Shown here: positions 38,974 to 51,438 of the stretch, in pieces
How positions within the stretch are numbered: the first letter of the stretch is position 1
Layout: every line of letters begins with the position of its first letter
NCBI GenBank assembly: GCA_000004695.1
Contig: CM000153.2
Coordinates: forward strand, 4,256,001-4,320,000
Source of the DNA: Dictyostelium discoideum
Lineage: Eukaryota
DNA: 64,000 nucleotides
Direction of reading: 5' to 3'
Made by a program: the position numbers and the translations under genes
Notes under the pieces: generated by a model
What the model saw: the letters and a program-made list of their open reading frames with translations, nothing else
What the model was told of the DNA's origin: nothing
Database searches by the model: none

Positions 38974-40644
38974 TTAAAAAATTACAATCAATGTTAATGA
39001 TATCAACAATAGAAGTAAACCATTTATATTTAAAAATGATGATCCACCAATAAATTCTTTTTCATCAGAACCTTCGAAATCATTGTTACCTGTTAAAGTA
39101 CCAATTGAAGAGGATGGGTTTGGTTTTTTGGTGGAACCCATTGTGGTTAAGGAAAAAGAGGTTGTAGAGGTAAAAGTTGATGAAGTTGATGATTGAGTCG
39201 CAGAAGTAGTAGTAGTAGAAGTAGTTGCAGTTGTGGTTATTTCTAAATCATAAGAAATAAATGGTATTGATGGATCAGAAATATATGAAGCAACAACACC
39301 GACTAAACCAATATTATAATCTAATGCTACTTCATTTGATTCATAATTTGATCTTGTATCTATCCATGATTCATTTAATGGTGGACCACCAATCAAAGCA
39401 CCTGGTAGTTGATAAACATTATTTATTGGTTGATTAATATCTTTGGTTGTAGAATGATGAGCAGCACGATGATGTGGATTTCTTGGTGCTTTTGGTCCAT
39501 ATCCAGAAATGAATGATTGTTGTTTTGGATTCTCTCCAAGAACATATAACAATTGATTCTTTGCAAATGTTGAATATTTTGTTAATTCACTACCACCTGT
39601 TTTTGTATAAATTGATTGAATTAAAGCCATATTCATTGAATATCTTGCTGATGCCCATTGTCTTAACCAAGCTAAACCACCATTTGTATATTTAATACCA
39701 CCATTTGGTAACCAATAGTTGAGAGAATTTTCAATTTTAGTTTTATAATCTTGTTCTTTGCTTAATTGATATAATAGTATACCAACACCTAATCCTTTAT
39801 TATCCCAACTGAATTCATTTGCATAACAAACTTCATTGTTATTTAAATAGTATGATTTTGAATTTGTTAAATAATTTTGAGAGTTTGTTGCTTTGTAAAG
39901 CCAAATTGAACCCCATGCAATTTCATCATTATAACCACCTGATTGGTAAAATTCAATAGCATTTCTAATTGTATCAGTATACTTTTTCATTGGTGAATTC
40001 ATAGCAAAATCATAAAGTTTCTTTGAATGTTCTAAACATAGTTGAGAGTATGCTGGATTACTAGTTTTAAATACAATTGATGCGGATGATAATGCTGCAG
40101 ATGCCTCCATTGCAAGATCAGTACCTGGGTTATTGGAATCGATAGTATAGATATCACGAACATAGTCTATATTTTCTGGTGGTTGCCATACGTTATGATC
40201 AACATATGCATTACCAACTTGACCAATAAATACATTATCAGATGTATGTGATGCAATTAAGAAATCTGTACCCCATTTTAAAACTTCTTTATAAAGTGGA
40301 GACAAACCACATTTTTCAATATTTCCAGAATATTCAATATAAATCCAACTTAACATTGTCATTGAATAAGCCATTGGAAAGTTAAATTTAACACCATCAC
40401 CAGCATCGAAATAACCTTTTGATAAATCACCATCACCATTTGAATCAACTGATGAACCTGCACTCTTGTCATTTAATACTGAATTACCTCTCCATGGAAT
40501 ATCATTATCTGATAATCTACCTGCTCTTTGAGCTTTATAAAATAATAATGATTGTTTTAATAAATAACAACCATTATCACAATTAATACAATTTAAATTT
40601 ATTATTAATAATACAAATAAACCTATTAAATTAATTAATAATTT

Positions 40645-40647
<3 letters not shown>
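38974..40647 (-). CDS. Glycoside hydrolase family 9 endoglucanase (intact, intronless paralog of 26916..28908) with Thr/Ser-rich linker and hydrophobic C-terminus (GPI-anchor-like)
   Basis: 557-aa ORF. Signal peptide MKLLINLIGLFVLLIINL. It carries the same GH9 blocks ([41 protein letters not shown], DxR...E C-terminal catalytic region), a TTTATTSTTTTSATQSST linker and a hydrophobic tail LLLLLISLTLIVIF. The first roughly 330 nt of coding sequence are about 98% identical to the + strand paralog. Confidence 0.85.
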
Positions 40648-40709
<62 letters not shown>

Positions 40710-41453
40710 CAAATATTAATGATACAAATAAATAGTGTTACAGATATATAAATAATATTACAGGTTTTTTTAAATTTAAAAATACAAATGAATGTTTATT
40801 ATTTTACAAAATTGATTTAATGATTAATTAGAAATAAATTTCAATTTATTTATACTTTTTTTTTTTTAAATCAATCAATTATATTTTTTTTTTTTTTTTT
40901 TTTTTGAATTTACAACAAAATTATTTGAAATCATTTTATTTGAGTTTTATAACAATATCGATATATATCTTTGAATTATACAACTAACTACAAAATTACC
41001 GATATAATTAATCTATTTTTAAATTAAGATATTTTTCTTTTTTTTTTAAAAGGTAACCTCTGTGTCAAAAAGAAAGAAAAAAAAAAAAGATATATGTGTT
41101 GCGAGTAAAAATTACTGAACTAAAAAGTTAAAAATAGAATCAACAACTATTAATTAAATAATTGTGGCAAAACAAAAAGAGTATATTATTTGAAAGTTCT
41201 ATTTTTATTTTAATTAAAAAAAAAATTAAATTAATATTATTAAATAGAGGTTAAAATTTCAACACATTTTAAATAGAATTTATTTTTTTAACTGATTTAC
41301 AATTTTTTTTTTTTTATTTTTTTTTAATTTTTTTTTTTTATTTTTTTTTTTTACCCTTCCACACACTTTAACACCAATTGAACTCTAAAATTAAATTATA
41401 ATATTAACATATAAACATATTAATATTTTTAAAAAAAAATTTAAAAATAAAAA

Positions 41454-42377
41454 ATGAATGATATATTGAAACCTAAAATTATAATAAAAAAATTAAAAGA
41501 TTGTGATAAAAATGAATTTACAAAATTATGGAATGAAAGTCATTCTGATCATTTTCATAATTGGCAAAAAACAAGAGAAGAAATTGAAAAAAGGAATAAA
41601 TTATATAAATTATCAGAAGAAAATTCTAAAGTTGCTTTTATTGATGATAAACAAGTTGGATTTATATTAACTGCAACTGGAGAAGTTGATGGTAAATTAG
41701 TTGGATGGAACGGAGCAACTGCAGTATTAAAACAATATAGAAGATTTGGAATTGCAACACTACTTTATAATGAAATTTTAAATGATTATAAACAACAAGG
41801 TATTGAACAAGCACTATTAGATGTAATTACAATTAATGAAGGTGCAAAAAAATTATATACTAAACTTGGTTTTCAAATTAAATCACATCATATAGTTTTA
41901 TATAGTACTTTAAATGAATATCAAAATAAAAATCATAAAAATTTAATTAATGTTAATAATAATAATAATAATGAAATTAATTTCAATATGGTTTTAGATG
42001 GTTTTAAACAATATCATAAATTAAATCAACCATTAAATACACAATACCAAAATTTAATTGAAATTCATGAAAATTTAATAAATATTGAAAAGAATGGAGA
42101 AATAATTGGATTTATGGTTTATTCTTTAACATTTGACAAGTGTGTAATATTATTCCACCAATTATTTTTACAAGATAAATGTAATATTAATAATGAAATT
42201 ATCACGGAAATATTTAATTACTTTTATGAAAAATATTGTATTCCAACAAATACTGAAAAGAAAATTTATTTAACAATGTGGGATTTAAATTTAAATGAAA
42301 CTAAATTCATGTTACAATTTAATGATAATGAATTTAAAAAAGATTTTGAATATTATTCAATGAAATTAGATATTTAA
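41454..42377 (+). CDS. GNAT-family N-acetyltransferase (307 aa)
   Basis: Acetyl-CoA binding motif A ...LKQYRRFGIATLLYNEIL... (Q/R-x-x-G-x-A pattern) followed by ...GAKKLYTKLGFQ... (motif B). Single exon. Confidence 0.7.
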   Translation: MNDILKPKIIIKKLKDCDKNEFTKLWNESHSDHFHNWQKTREEIEKRNKLYKLSEENSKVAFIDDKQVGFILTATGEVDGKLVGWNGATAVLKQYRRFGIATLLYNEILNDYKQQGIEQALLDVITINEGAKKLYTKLGFQIKSHHIVLYSTLNEYQNKNHKNLINVNNNNNNEINFNMVLDGFKQYHKLNQPLNTQYQNLIEIHENLINIEKNGEIIGFMVYSLTFDKCVILFHQLFLQDKCNINNEIITEIFNYFYEKYCIPTNTEKKIYLTMWDLNLNETKFMLQFNDNEFKKDFEYYSMKLDI

Positions 42378-42471
42378 AAAAAAAAAAAATAATAAAATTT
42401 ATAAATTTTTATTTTTATTATTTCATTTTTATTTTATTTGATTTTTTTTTATTTTGATTTTTTTTTTTTTT

Positions 42472-42702
42472 TTAAACAATTGTTTTTTTTGATTTTTCAA
42501 CTTCACTGATAATTCCAGAGATTTTACCATTCATTGTTGACATTGGAATATTTGTACCGAATTTCTTATCTAATTTACCCTTTATCTCTACTAAATCAAA
42601 AGTAGCTCCTTGATCACCAAGAGTTGAATTTGGGTCAATCATTTCAGCTGGTTTATAAATTTGAGAAGAAATTAAATCTAATACTGTTGATTTGACATTC
42701 AT
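42472..42702 (-). CDS. Small 76-aa protein with acyl-carrier-protein-like sequence profile but lacking the phosphopantetheine-attachment Ser
   Basis: ORF MNVKSTVLDLISSQIYKPAEMIDPNSTLGDQGATFDLVEIKGKLDKKFGTNIPMSTMNG.... Its spacing resembles the ACP helix II region (LGxDSLDxVExV), but DSL is replaced by ATF. Assignment is weak. Confidence 0.3.
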   Translation of the reverse strand: MNVKSTVLDLISSQIYKPAEMIDPNSTLGDQGATFDLVEIKGKLDKKFGTNIPMSTMNGKISGIISEVEKSKKTIV

Positions 42703-42897
42703 TTTATTTTTTTCTTAATTTATTTATTTGTTTTGTTTTATAATAAAATATATTTATTTAAATTTGAAAAAAAAAAAAAAATTAAATAGGATAGAAAAAT
42801 AATAAAAAAAAAGTGTTTAAAAAAAAAAAAAGAGAAATTGGTGAAAATTAAAAAGTTTTGATATAGAAATAAAATGTGGTAATTTAATTTTTATTTA

Positions 42898-42929
<32 letters not shown>

Positions 42930-42930
42930 A

Positions 42931-44223
42931 TTAAATAAATTTTCCCCTTTTTAAATCTGGTGGTTTAATTGATATATCATTATTTTCTAAAGTTGATTTT
43001 TTAAAAATTATTAATGAGGGTATTTCATAAATTGAAATTTGACTATTTAAATCTTGATTTGTAATTAATTGATATGGTTTAAAATTTTTAAAATCAATTG
43101 AAGATAAAACTTCAGATAAATCTTTTGATATATGAATATTTGGTATATCAACTAAATTATTATTAATATCTCTAAAACAGTGAATGAAATTCTCTGATAT
43201 AACAGATTCATTTGGTGTGAATTTCTTTTTTTCATCCATTGAAAATAAACCAATTGATTTTTCAATTAAATGAAAATAACCAAAACAAAATGTTAAATCA
43301 TTTGATTCATCCATTGATATTTTATTTACCTTTTCAACAATTTTCAAATCATTTCCTGATAATTCTTCAACAATCGATTCGATATTATAATTACCATTTT
43401 CAAATAAGTATACGATATTCGTTAATTTACCATCACTTAGACAGAAATTAATAGAGTCTGTAATTTCTTTTAATTTCTCATTTGCATCTGACTTGATTTG
43501 AGTTAGAACTTGGGCTGATAATGACCTTTTACTAGACTTGATTAAATCGTATTCCAAGTACACTCTTATCCCAGATTGTAATGGCTCAGTGGTGTATATG
43601 CAATCGGAATAAAACGAAACCATATTAATTAACGATCCAAAGTTATTTGATAACTGGATTTTACAATGATCCTTATCATTCTTTGAATTGGTGATAATTA
43701 TATCCCCTCCATATGATTTTGATGGTAAAGAAATTAACAACTTTCCAAAAATATTATTTTTATTATTTTTAACAATTGTTGTTGTGGTATTAATATCTTG
43801 GTATGGTAAATAACCATTGGGTTTAATGATTATTAATTTTTTAAATTGTAAATTAACCAATTCATCTTGATAAATTCCCATACCAATTTTAATTTTCTCG
43901 ATTATTTTCTCCTCTGTTTCTTTCCATAAATTACCATCACCAATTTCAATTTTTTTACTTTCAATTTCCCAAACATTTCTATTACTATTAGTAGTAATAT
44001 TATCATTTGAAATTAAACTATTAATTTGTGATTCAACACATGGAATTGATAAATAATTTATACCATTTGGTAATATATCATCAATTCTAATACTAATTGG
44101 TGCTTCAATAATACCTTGTGTATAAAAATTACTTTTTGGTAATTCTTTAATCTCTTTAACTTCTTCACTTTGTAATAAACCTTTTAATTGACAAAATTTA
44201 AAATTATTTCCAATTTTTACCAT
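42931..44223 (-). CDS. Hypothetical 430-aa protein, no recognisable domain
   Basis: Uninterrupted ORF with ordinary amino-acid composition (not homopolymeric). Start MVKIGNNFKFCQLKGLLQSEEVKEIKELPK. Confidence 0.5.
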   Translation of the reverse strand: MVKIGNNFKFCQLKGLLQSEEVKEIKELPKSNFYTQGIIEAPISIRIDDILPNGINYLSIPCVESQINSLISNDNITTNSNRNVWEIESKKIEIGDGNLWKETEEKIIEKIKIGMGIYQDELVNLQFKKLIIIKPNGYLPYQDINTTTTIVKNNKNNIFGKLLISLPSKSYGGDIIITNSKNDKDHCKIQLSNNFGSLINMVSFYSDCIYTTEPLQSGIRVYLEYDLIKSSKRSLSAQVLTQIKSDANEKLKEITDSINFCLSDGKLTNIVYLFENGNYNIESIVEELSGNDLKIVEKVNKISMDESNDLTFCFGYFHLIEKSIGLFSMDEKKKFTPNESVISENFIHCFRDINNNLVDIPNIHISKDLSEVLSSIDFKNFKPYQLITNQDLNSQISIYEIPSLIIFKKSTLENNDISIKPPDLKRGKFI

Positions 44224-44319
44224 TTTTTTTTTTTTTTTTTTTTTTCTTTTAATATTTTTATTATCTTTATTATTATTATTTAAATAATTTTTAATAATAA
44301 TTATTCATTTATTTATTTA

Positions 44320-44356
<37 letters not shown>

Positions 44357-44477
44357 AAAAAAAAAAAAAAACTATTTTTACCACACTGTGGTTATTATGA
44401 GAAATAATTTATTTTTAGAATAATTTTAGAAAAAAAAAAAAATATATATAATTTATTATTTATTATATACAATTATC

Positions 44478-44517
<40 letters not shown>

Positions 44518-44562
44518 AGGTTTTAAAAAAAAGGGAAGATTTAAAAAAAAAGGGAAAAATAT

Positions 44563-44614
<52 letters not shown>

Positions 44615-44973
44615 TCTTTAAATAAAATAAACTAAATTAATAAATAAGTATTATTCATCATGGTTATATGATTTACTTGTATTTTCAAAAATAATATTAT
44701 TTAATATTTTATTTAATAAAAAAAAAAAACATTGTCAATAGAAAAAAAAAATGAGAAAAAAAAAAAATGAGAAAAAAAAATTTTCTCATTTTATGATTTT
44801 AATTTTTTTAACTTTTTTTTTTCTTTAATTTTTTTTTATTTTTTTTTTTATTTTTTTTTTTTGGTTAACACTTTGCAAAAAATTAGCAATCATAAGAAAA
44901 ATAAAAAGAATAAAAAAAAAATAAAAAAAAAAAATAAAATAAAAAAAAATAAAATAAATAGTATTCATATAAA

Positions 44974-45005
44974 ATGGAGTTTTCATCCAAATCATTAAAT
45001 GTGAA

Positions 45006-45036
<31 letters not shown>

Positions 45037-45355
45037 ATTCATCAACTTGAATATGGTGAGCTTCCATTCTCCAGAAATCCTAATACTACCACAACCACTA
45101 CCACTACTTCTTCAATGAATTATAATAATAATAATAATAATTATAATAATAATAATAATAACTATGATAATTATTATAATCACCACAATACTAATAATAA
45201 TGGTATTAACTTTCATAGTAGAAATTTACAACCATCAATTCAACAAATTATTCAGCAACAAGTTCAACAACAAGTTCAACAACAAGTTCAACAAGCATTA
45301 CAACAAACTTCATTACAACACCAATACCAACAACAACAACAACAACATCATCATC

Positions 45356-45423
<68 letters not shown>

Positions 45424-46708
45424 TCTCAAAATTCAATTGAACAAATTAAATATGATTGGTTAAAAACTGTTGCATCTATATTACCCTCAATAGAATTATC
45501 CGTTGCAATCAAAGCAACCAATGATTTTGATAACATTGATGATTTAGTTCAATACTTAATGAATTACACTGCAACAAAAGATGATAATGAAATCTCAATC
45601 AATAATAATAATATCAATAATAATAACTATAATAATATCAATAGTAATAGTAATAGTAATAGTAATAGTTATAGTAATAGTTATAGTAATAGCAATGGCA
45701 ATGGCAATGGCAATACAAACACAAACACAAATATAAATATAGATAATACTAATAAGGTAAATGATGAACCAATTAAAACTACTACCACTACCTCAACAAC
45801 TACTACTACTACTACTACAAAACCACCAACTGCAAATATAAAGGGTCAATTAGATGATGAACAAAGAGAAATCGTAAGATTATTAGATGAAGAAATGAAA
45901 TTAGAAAAAGAAAGATTAATGTTAAAAGAACAACAAGAAAAAGAATCAATGGCTTTTATTTTATCAGAATTTAAAGATGATATTGATGTGTAATATCATA
46001 TATATATATATATAAATAATTATAAATCATATTTCCTAATATTAATTTTTTTTTTTTTTTTTTTATTTTTTATTTAAATAGTGATAAAAATAATGAAAAT
46101 AATAATAAAAATGATTCAGAATATATTAAAAGATTATTAGAGCAAGAACAAAATGAATTAGAAAGAAAAAGAAGAGATGAAGAATTTAAGGAGAAGGTAA
46201 TGTTAAATAGATACTTGGAAGAAGAGAAAATTAAAAAGGATTTAGAATTGGAGAATAAGAGATACGCTTGTGAGATTTGTTTTAGTGATGATCTTAAAAT
46301 TGACCAAATGTATACATTAGATGATTGTCATCATCGTTTCTGTAAAGAATGTCTTTCTCAACATTTCAAGAGTAAAATATTTGATGGTGATTGTAAATCA
46401 ATTCAATGTCCAGATACAAAATGTCGTAGATTGGTTAATTATCAAGAGATTAAACATAATGTCGACAAGATAACAATGGCAAAATATGAAGATTTCTTAT
46501 TAAAAACCACTTTGGAAGAAGATCCAAATTCTAGATTTTGTCCACGTCCAAATTGTAATAACGCTATGATTGGTGACTCTGATACTGTAACTATGATCAT
46601 TTGTACAAATGAATCTTGTAGATATACTTTTTGCTTTAATTGTAAATCAGAATGTAAGTTTTATTTTTTTAAAAAAAAAAAAAAAAAAAGATTTAAAGTA
46701 TTAAATCG

Positions 46709-46747
<39 letters not shown>

Positions 46748-47039
46748 TTAATATTAACTATGATAATAATTTTTTATTTTAAATTTAATAGGGCATAAAG
46801 ATATGACTTGTAAACAATGGAGCGAATTCAAAGTTTTAAAAGAGACATCAAACCAAAGATTCGAAGAATGGGCAAGAGAAAACACTAAACCTTGTCCAAA
46901 ATGTAAATCAAAGATTGAAAAAGATGGTGGTTGTAATCATATGACCTGTAAATTATGCAAACATCAATTTTGTTGGTTATGTTTGGATGTATATACTAAA
47001 ACTCATTTTAGTGGTGGAAAATGTAAACAAAACTCTTAA
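44974..47039 (+). CDS. RBR-type (RING-IBR-RING) E3 ubiquitin ligase with poly-Q/poly-N N-terminal region and a UBA/CUE-like helix bundle; exons 44974..45989, 46082..46653, 46792..47039
   Basis: RING1 is CEICFSD...[13 protein letters not shown] is CPDTKC...CPRPNCN...[19 protein letters not shown]...C. RING2 is [30 protein letters not shown]. Exon 1 ends ...DDIDV (phase 2) with a GTAATA donor at 45990. AAATAG acceptor at 46081. Exon 2 ends ...CKSE plus T with a GTAAGT donor at 46654. TAATAG acceptor at 46791 gives TGG (W) and continues HKDMTCKQW.... Confidence 0.75.
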
Positions 47040-47416
47040 ACAAAAAAAAAAATAAAAAAAAAAAAATAAAAAAAAAAAAATAAAATAAAAAAAAAAAATA
47101 AAAAAATAATAATAAAATAATAATAAAAAAGATAAAATAGTTATGAATAATATTTTAGTGAACTGTAATTTTAATTTGATTAAAAAAAAAAAAATAATAA
47201 TAATAAAAAATAATAATAAAATAAAAATTTAATAAAGATAAAATAGTTATCAAAAATATTTCGAAATTTCAATTTGATTGCGACTATTTTTAAATGACGC
47301 CATTATTAATATCTTTGGTTTGGGAATTTTAATTATTTTTATTTTTTTTTATTTTTATTTTTATTTTTTTTTTTTATTCATTTTTTTTTTTTTTTTTTTT
47401 TCAAAGAGTCAAAAAA

Positions 47417-47451
<35 letters not shown>

Positions 47452-47509
47452 CTTTAATTTTCGTTTTTGTAATTACAAATTAAAAGGAAATCATCAACAA
47501 CAACAAATA

Positions 47510-48165
47510 ATGAGTGGTGAAAAGAAGGAATATCCAAAAGAACATATTGATTTATATCAACAAATTAAATGGAATGGTTGGGGTGATACAAGAAAATTCC
47601 TTCACCAATTGAAACCATCTGGTACTATTGCAATGACAACACCAGAGGTATCAAGTGTACCATTACCATCACTTAGAGGATTTATAAAGAAAGAATTAAC
47701 TTTACCAGGTGAAGAAGATAAACCATTCGTTTTAGATGAAACACCAGCATTACAAATTGAAAATATTCATGTAGACCCACCAAAACAATATCCTGAATTT
47801 GTTAGAGAATTAAAAGCATTCTTTTTACCTGATCAATTAAAAGATGATAAATTAGCACGTATTACTCATACTTTTGGTAAATCATTAAGAGATTTAATTA
47901 GAGTTAGAATGTAATTATTTAGTTTATAATACATATTATCATATATATATATATATATATATATACATACATATATACATACATACATACATACATACAT
48001 AAATACATACATACATACATACATACATACATACATACATACATACATACATACATACATACATACATACATACATACATACATACATACATACATACAT
48101 ACATACATACATACATAAATACATACATACATAAATACAGACACACATCATCACACGTCATCGTA

Positions 48166-48221
<56 letters not shown>

Positions 48222-48340
48222 CCATCACACGTCATCATACATCATCACTACATAATCATAATCATGGTCAATATTTTTATCATGATAAAAAATATATATT
48301 TTATTATAATTAATTATAATAATTATTAATATAATTTAAT

Positions 48341-48383
<43 letters not shown>

Positions 48384-49817
48384 GGACAAGTTAAGAATGC
48401 ACCAGATTTAATTGTTTTACCACATTCACATGAAGAAGTTGAAAGATTAGTACAACTTGCACATAAATATAATGTAGTAATTATTCCAATGGGTGGTGGT
48501 TCAAATATTGTTGGTGCAATTGAACCAGTATCAAATGAAAGATTCACAGTATCAATTGATATGAGAAGAATGAATAAAGTTTTATGGGTTGATCGTAGAG
48601 AGATGACAGCATGTATTCAAGTTGGTATTATGGGACCAGAATTAGAAAAACAATTACATAAACAAGGTGTTAGTTTAGGTCATGATCCAGATTCATTTGA
48701 ATTCTCAACATTGGGTGGTTGGTTAGCAACTTGTTCATCAGGTCATCAATCTGATAAATATGGTGATATCGAAGATATGGCCGTTAGTTTCAGAACTGTA
48801 ACACCAACTGGTACATTGGAACTTAGAAATGGTGCTCGTTCAGGTGCTGGTATCAACTATAAACATATCATTCTCGGTTCCGAAGGTACTCTTGGTATCA
48901 TAACTGAAGCCGTTATGAAAGTACATGCTGTACCACAAGCTGTTGAATACTATGGTTTCCTTTTCCCAACTTTTGCTCATGCTGTATCTGCCCTCCAACA
49001 AATTCGTTCCTCAGAGGTTATTCCAACAATGATTCGTGTTTACGATCCAGAGGAAACTCAATTAAGTTTTGCTTGGAAACCAAGTAAAGGTGCTGTAAGT
49101 GAATTCACAAGTGCAATGGTTAAAAAGTATCTTCATTACATTCGTTCCTTTGATTTCAAGAATGTTTGTCTCTCTATCATTGGTTTCGAAGGTCCAAAGA
49201 AGGTTGTAGATTTCCATAGAACTTCAGTTTTCGATATCCTCTCCAAGAATGCTGCCTTTGGTTTAGGTTCTGCTCCTGGTAAAACTTGGGCCGAAAAAAG
49301 ATATGATCTTCCATATATTCGTGACTTTTTACTCGATCATAATATGTGGGTTGATGTCGCTGAAACTACTGTCTCCTATGCTAACCTTCAAACACTTTGG
49401 AAGGATGCTAAACAAACCTTTGTCAAACACTTTAAAGATCAAGGTATTCCAGCTTGGATTTGTGCTCACATCTCTCATACTTACACTAATGGTGTTTGTC
49501 TTTACTTCATTTTCGCCTCCAAACAAAATGAAAACAAAGATATGGCTCAATACATTGAAGCAAAGAAACTCATGACTGATATCATCTTCAAATATGGTGG
49601 TTCTCTCTCTCATCATCATGGTGTTGGTTATGAACATGTACCATGGATGACTCGTTATGCTACAAGAGGTTGGATCAACGTTTATCGTTCTCTCAAAGAA
49701 ACTATCGATCCAAAAGATATTTGTAATCCAAGAAAATTAATTCCAACAATTAAAGAAGAAAATAATAAAGAACCATTCTTATTTGATGTTGTTAATGTTA
49801 AATATCCAAAACTCTAA
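47510..49817 (+). CDS. agps: Alkyldihydroxyacetonephosphate synthase (alkyl-DHAP synthase, FAD-linked oxidase family), peroxisomal; exons 47510..47910 and 48383..49817
   Basis: FAD-binding PCMH-type domain (...VIIPMGGGSNIVG..., HISHxY and HHHGVG motifs) with ether-lipid synthase-specific blocks. Exon 1 ends ...LIRVR plus AT with a GTAATT donor at 47911. The 472-bp intron carries (ACAT)n and (CAT)n microsatellites. AG acceptor at 48381-48382. The C-terminus ...VKYPKL ends in a PTS1-like tripeptide PKL. Confidence 0.9.
47939..48230. repeat. Compound microsatellite in the AGPS intron: (AT)n, then (ACAT)n of about 45 units, then (CAT)n of about 22 units
   Basis: Direct reading: atatat... then acatacatacat... 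through about 48140, then catcatcat... from about 48166 to 48222. Confidence 0.95.
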
Positions 49818-49950
49818 AAAAATAAAATAAAATAAAAATTTTAAAAAAAAAAAAAAAAATTAATAAAATAAAATTATTATCAAAATATTTTGATTTAAAA
49901 CATAATATAAATTTTATTTTTTGTTTTTTTATATATTTATTTATTTATTT

Positions 49951-50598
49951 TTAATATTGACCATTATCGCAAATTGAAAACACTGGTGATTTTTTACTAC
50001 ATTCTGGTAATGTTATAAATTTATAACCAGTTTGGTTCGAAGAATTACATGTATTTGTTGAATTATATATATTTTCATATGCCAAAGTGGAATTACATTG
50101 AAGCATATTTGAACCTGCATTACTAAATAAACATGTATTTAATAAAATATATTCCATTTGCCAAACATCTTCTTTCCAATTATCATTTTCGCAGGTTGAA
50201 TGAGTATACCAAACTTGATAGGTATTACTTGGTATTTCAATTGATTCAGTACAAATATATTTCTCTGAATTTGTACAATTATTTTGTTCAACTCTAATTC
50301 TTTCTTTAATATCACCTGTACAACCTTGTTTTGAATAAATTATATTTTCAATAGAACCATCCTCTAAACAGACCACTCTTGAAATTCCTTCAAATCCACA
50401 AATACCTGTTTTTAAATATGCCGCTGATAATAAATCTCCTTCACATGTATTTGAATTTGTATACATTTCAGTTTTTAACCAATTATATGTTGTTGATGAT
50501 GCATCTGATGAAGTATATGAAGAATCATTTCTTAATTCTATTGATAATATACATACAATTGATACTAATAATATAACAAAACTAATTATTAATCTCAT
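49951..50598 (-). CDS. Secreted cysteine-rich protein (215 aa), family uncertain
   Basis: Signal peptide MRLIISFVILLVSIVCILS; about 16 Cys in patterned spacing; several NxS/T sites; no TM segment. Confidence 0.5.
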   Translation of the reverse strand: MRLIISFVILLVSIVCILSIELRNDSSYTSSDASSTTYNWLKTEMYTNSNTCEGDLLSAAYLKTGICGFEGISRVVCLEDGSIENIIYSKQGCTGDIKERIRVEQNNCTNSEKYICTESIEIPSNTYQVWYTHSTCENDNWKEDVWQMEYILLNTCLFSNAGSNMLQCNSTLAYENIYNSTNTCNSSNQTGYKFITLPECSKKSPVFSICDNGQY

Positions 50599-50623
50599 TT
50601 TATTAAATTATTCGTTTTAGTTT

Positions 50624-50654
<31 letters not shown>

Positions 50655-51438
50655 GATTTTTTTTTATTTTTATTTTATTTTTATTTTGAAATTATTCTGA
50701 AAAACCAAAAGACAGGATTTTTATTTTTTTTTATTTTTATAAAATTAAAAAAAATTTTATTTAGCGTGGGATATGACAGGTAATATGTAAAAATGAAAAA
50801 AAAAAATTGAAATTTAATCAATAAATATTAAAATTTTAAGGTGTCCCCAAGAAAATGGTGCACTACCTGCAGTTAATTTGTTATTTTTTTTTTTGCTGCA
50901 ACTTTTTTGATGGGGGTCATTTTGCCTTCAAAAATATTATTTTACTTTTGTGCCAACAGTTTTTTTTTTTTTTTGGTATAGATGAGCGATTTAAGTTGAA
51001 TCAATTTTATTTTATAAAACCAACAGCATTTAACAAAGATTAAACTTTTTTAATGAAAAATGGAATAGAAAATGAGTTTTAATTAAAAGGTTTTTTTTAA
51101 AAGTTTTAAGGATTATATCTTTATAATCTTTTCTTAATTAAATTATACTCTTGGATTTATTTCAAATTCTTGATCAATTTGGAATTTAATTTATTTTTAC
51201 TGTTTAATAATGTCAATAAATATTGTTGTTATATAAAGTACCCGATACTCACATTATTTTTCTGTATTATACCTAAAAGTAGATATTGCAATTTTCTTGG
51301 GAAAACACAAATGAATATGAAATCTATAAAAATTATAATTTTAAAATTTTTTTATATTTATTTATTTGTTTTTTTTTTATTTATTTATTTATAAATTTCG
51401 TTCGTTTTTTTATTTTATTTTATAATATTTTTTTATTT

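Noticed and set aside
47866-48161. Three overlapping minus ORFs (MYVCMYVC... repeats)
   Set aside because: Translations of the intronic (ACAT)n microsatellite.
50855-51043. 62-aa + ORF in a moderately GC-containing patch between the Cys-rich protein gene and RME-8
   Set aside because: Phe/Cys-rich translation of T-runs. No start context, splice partners or domain. Likely 3'UTR or intergenic sequence.
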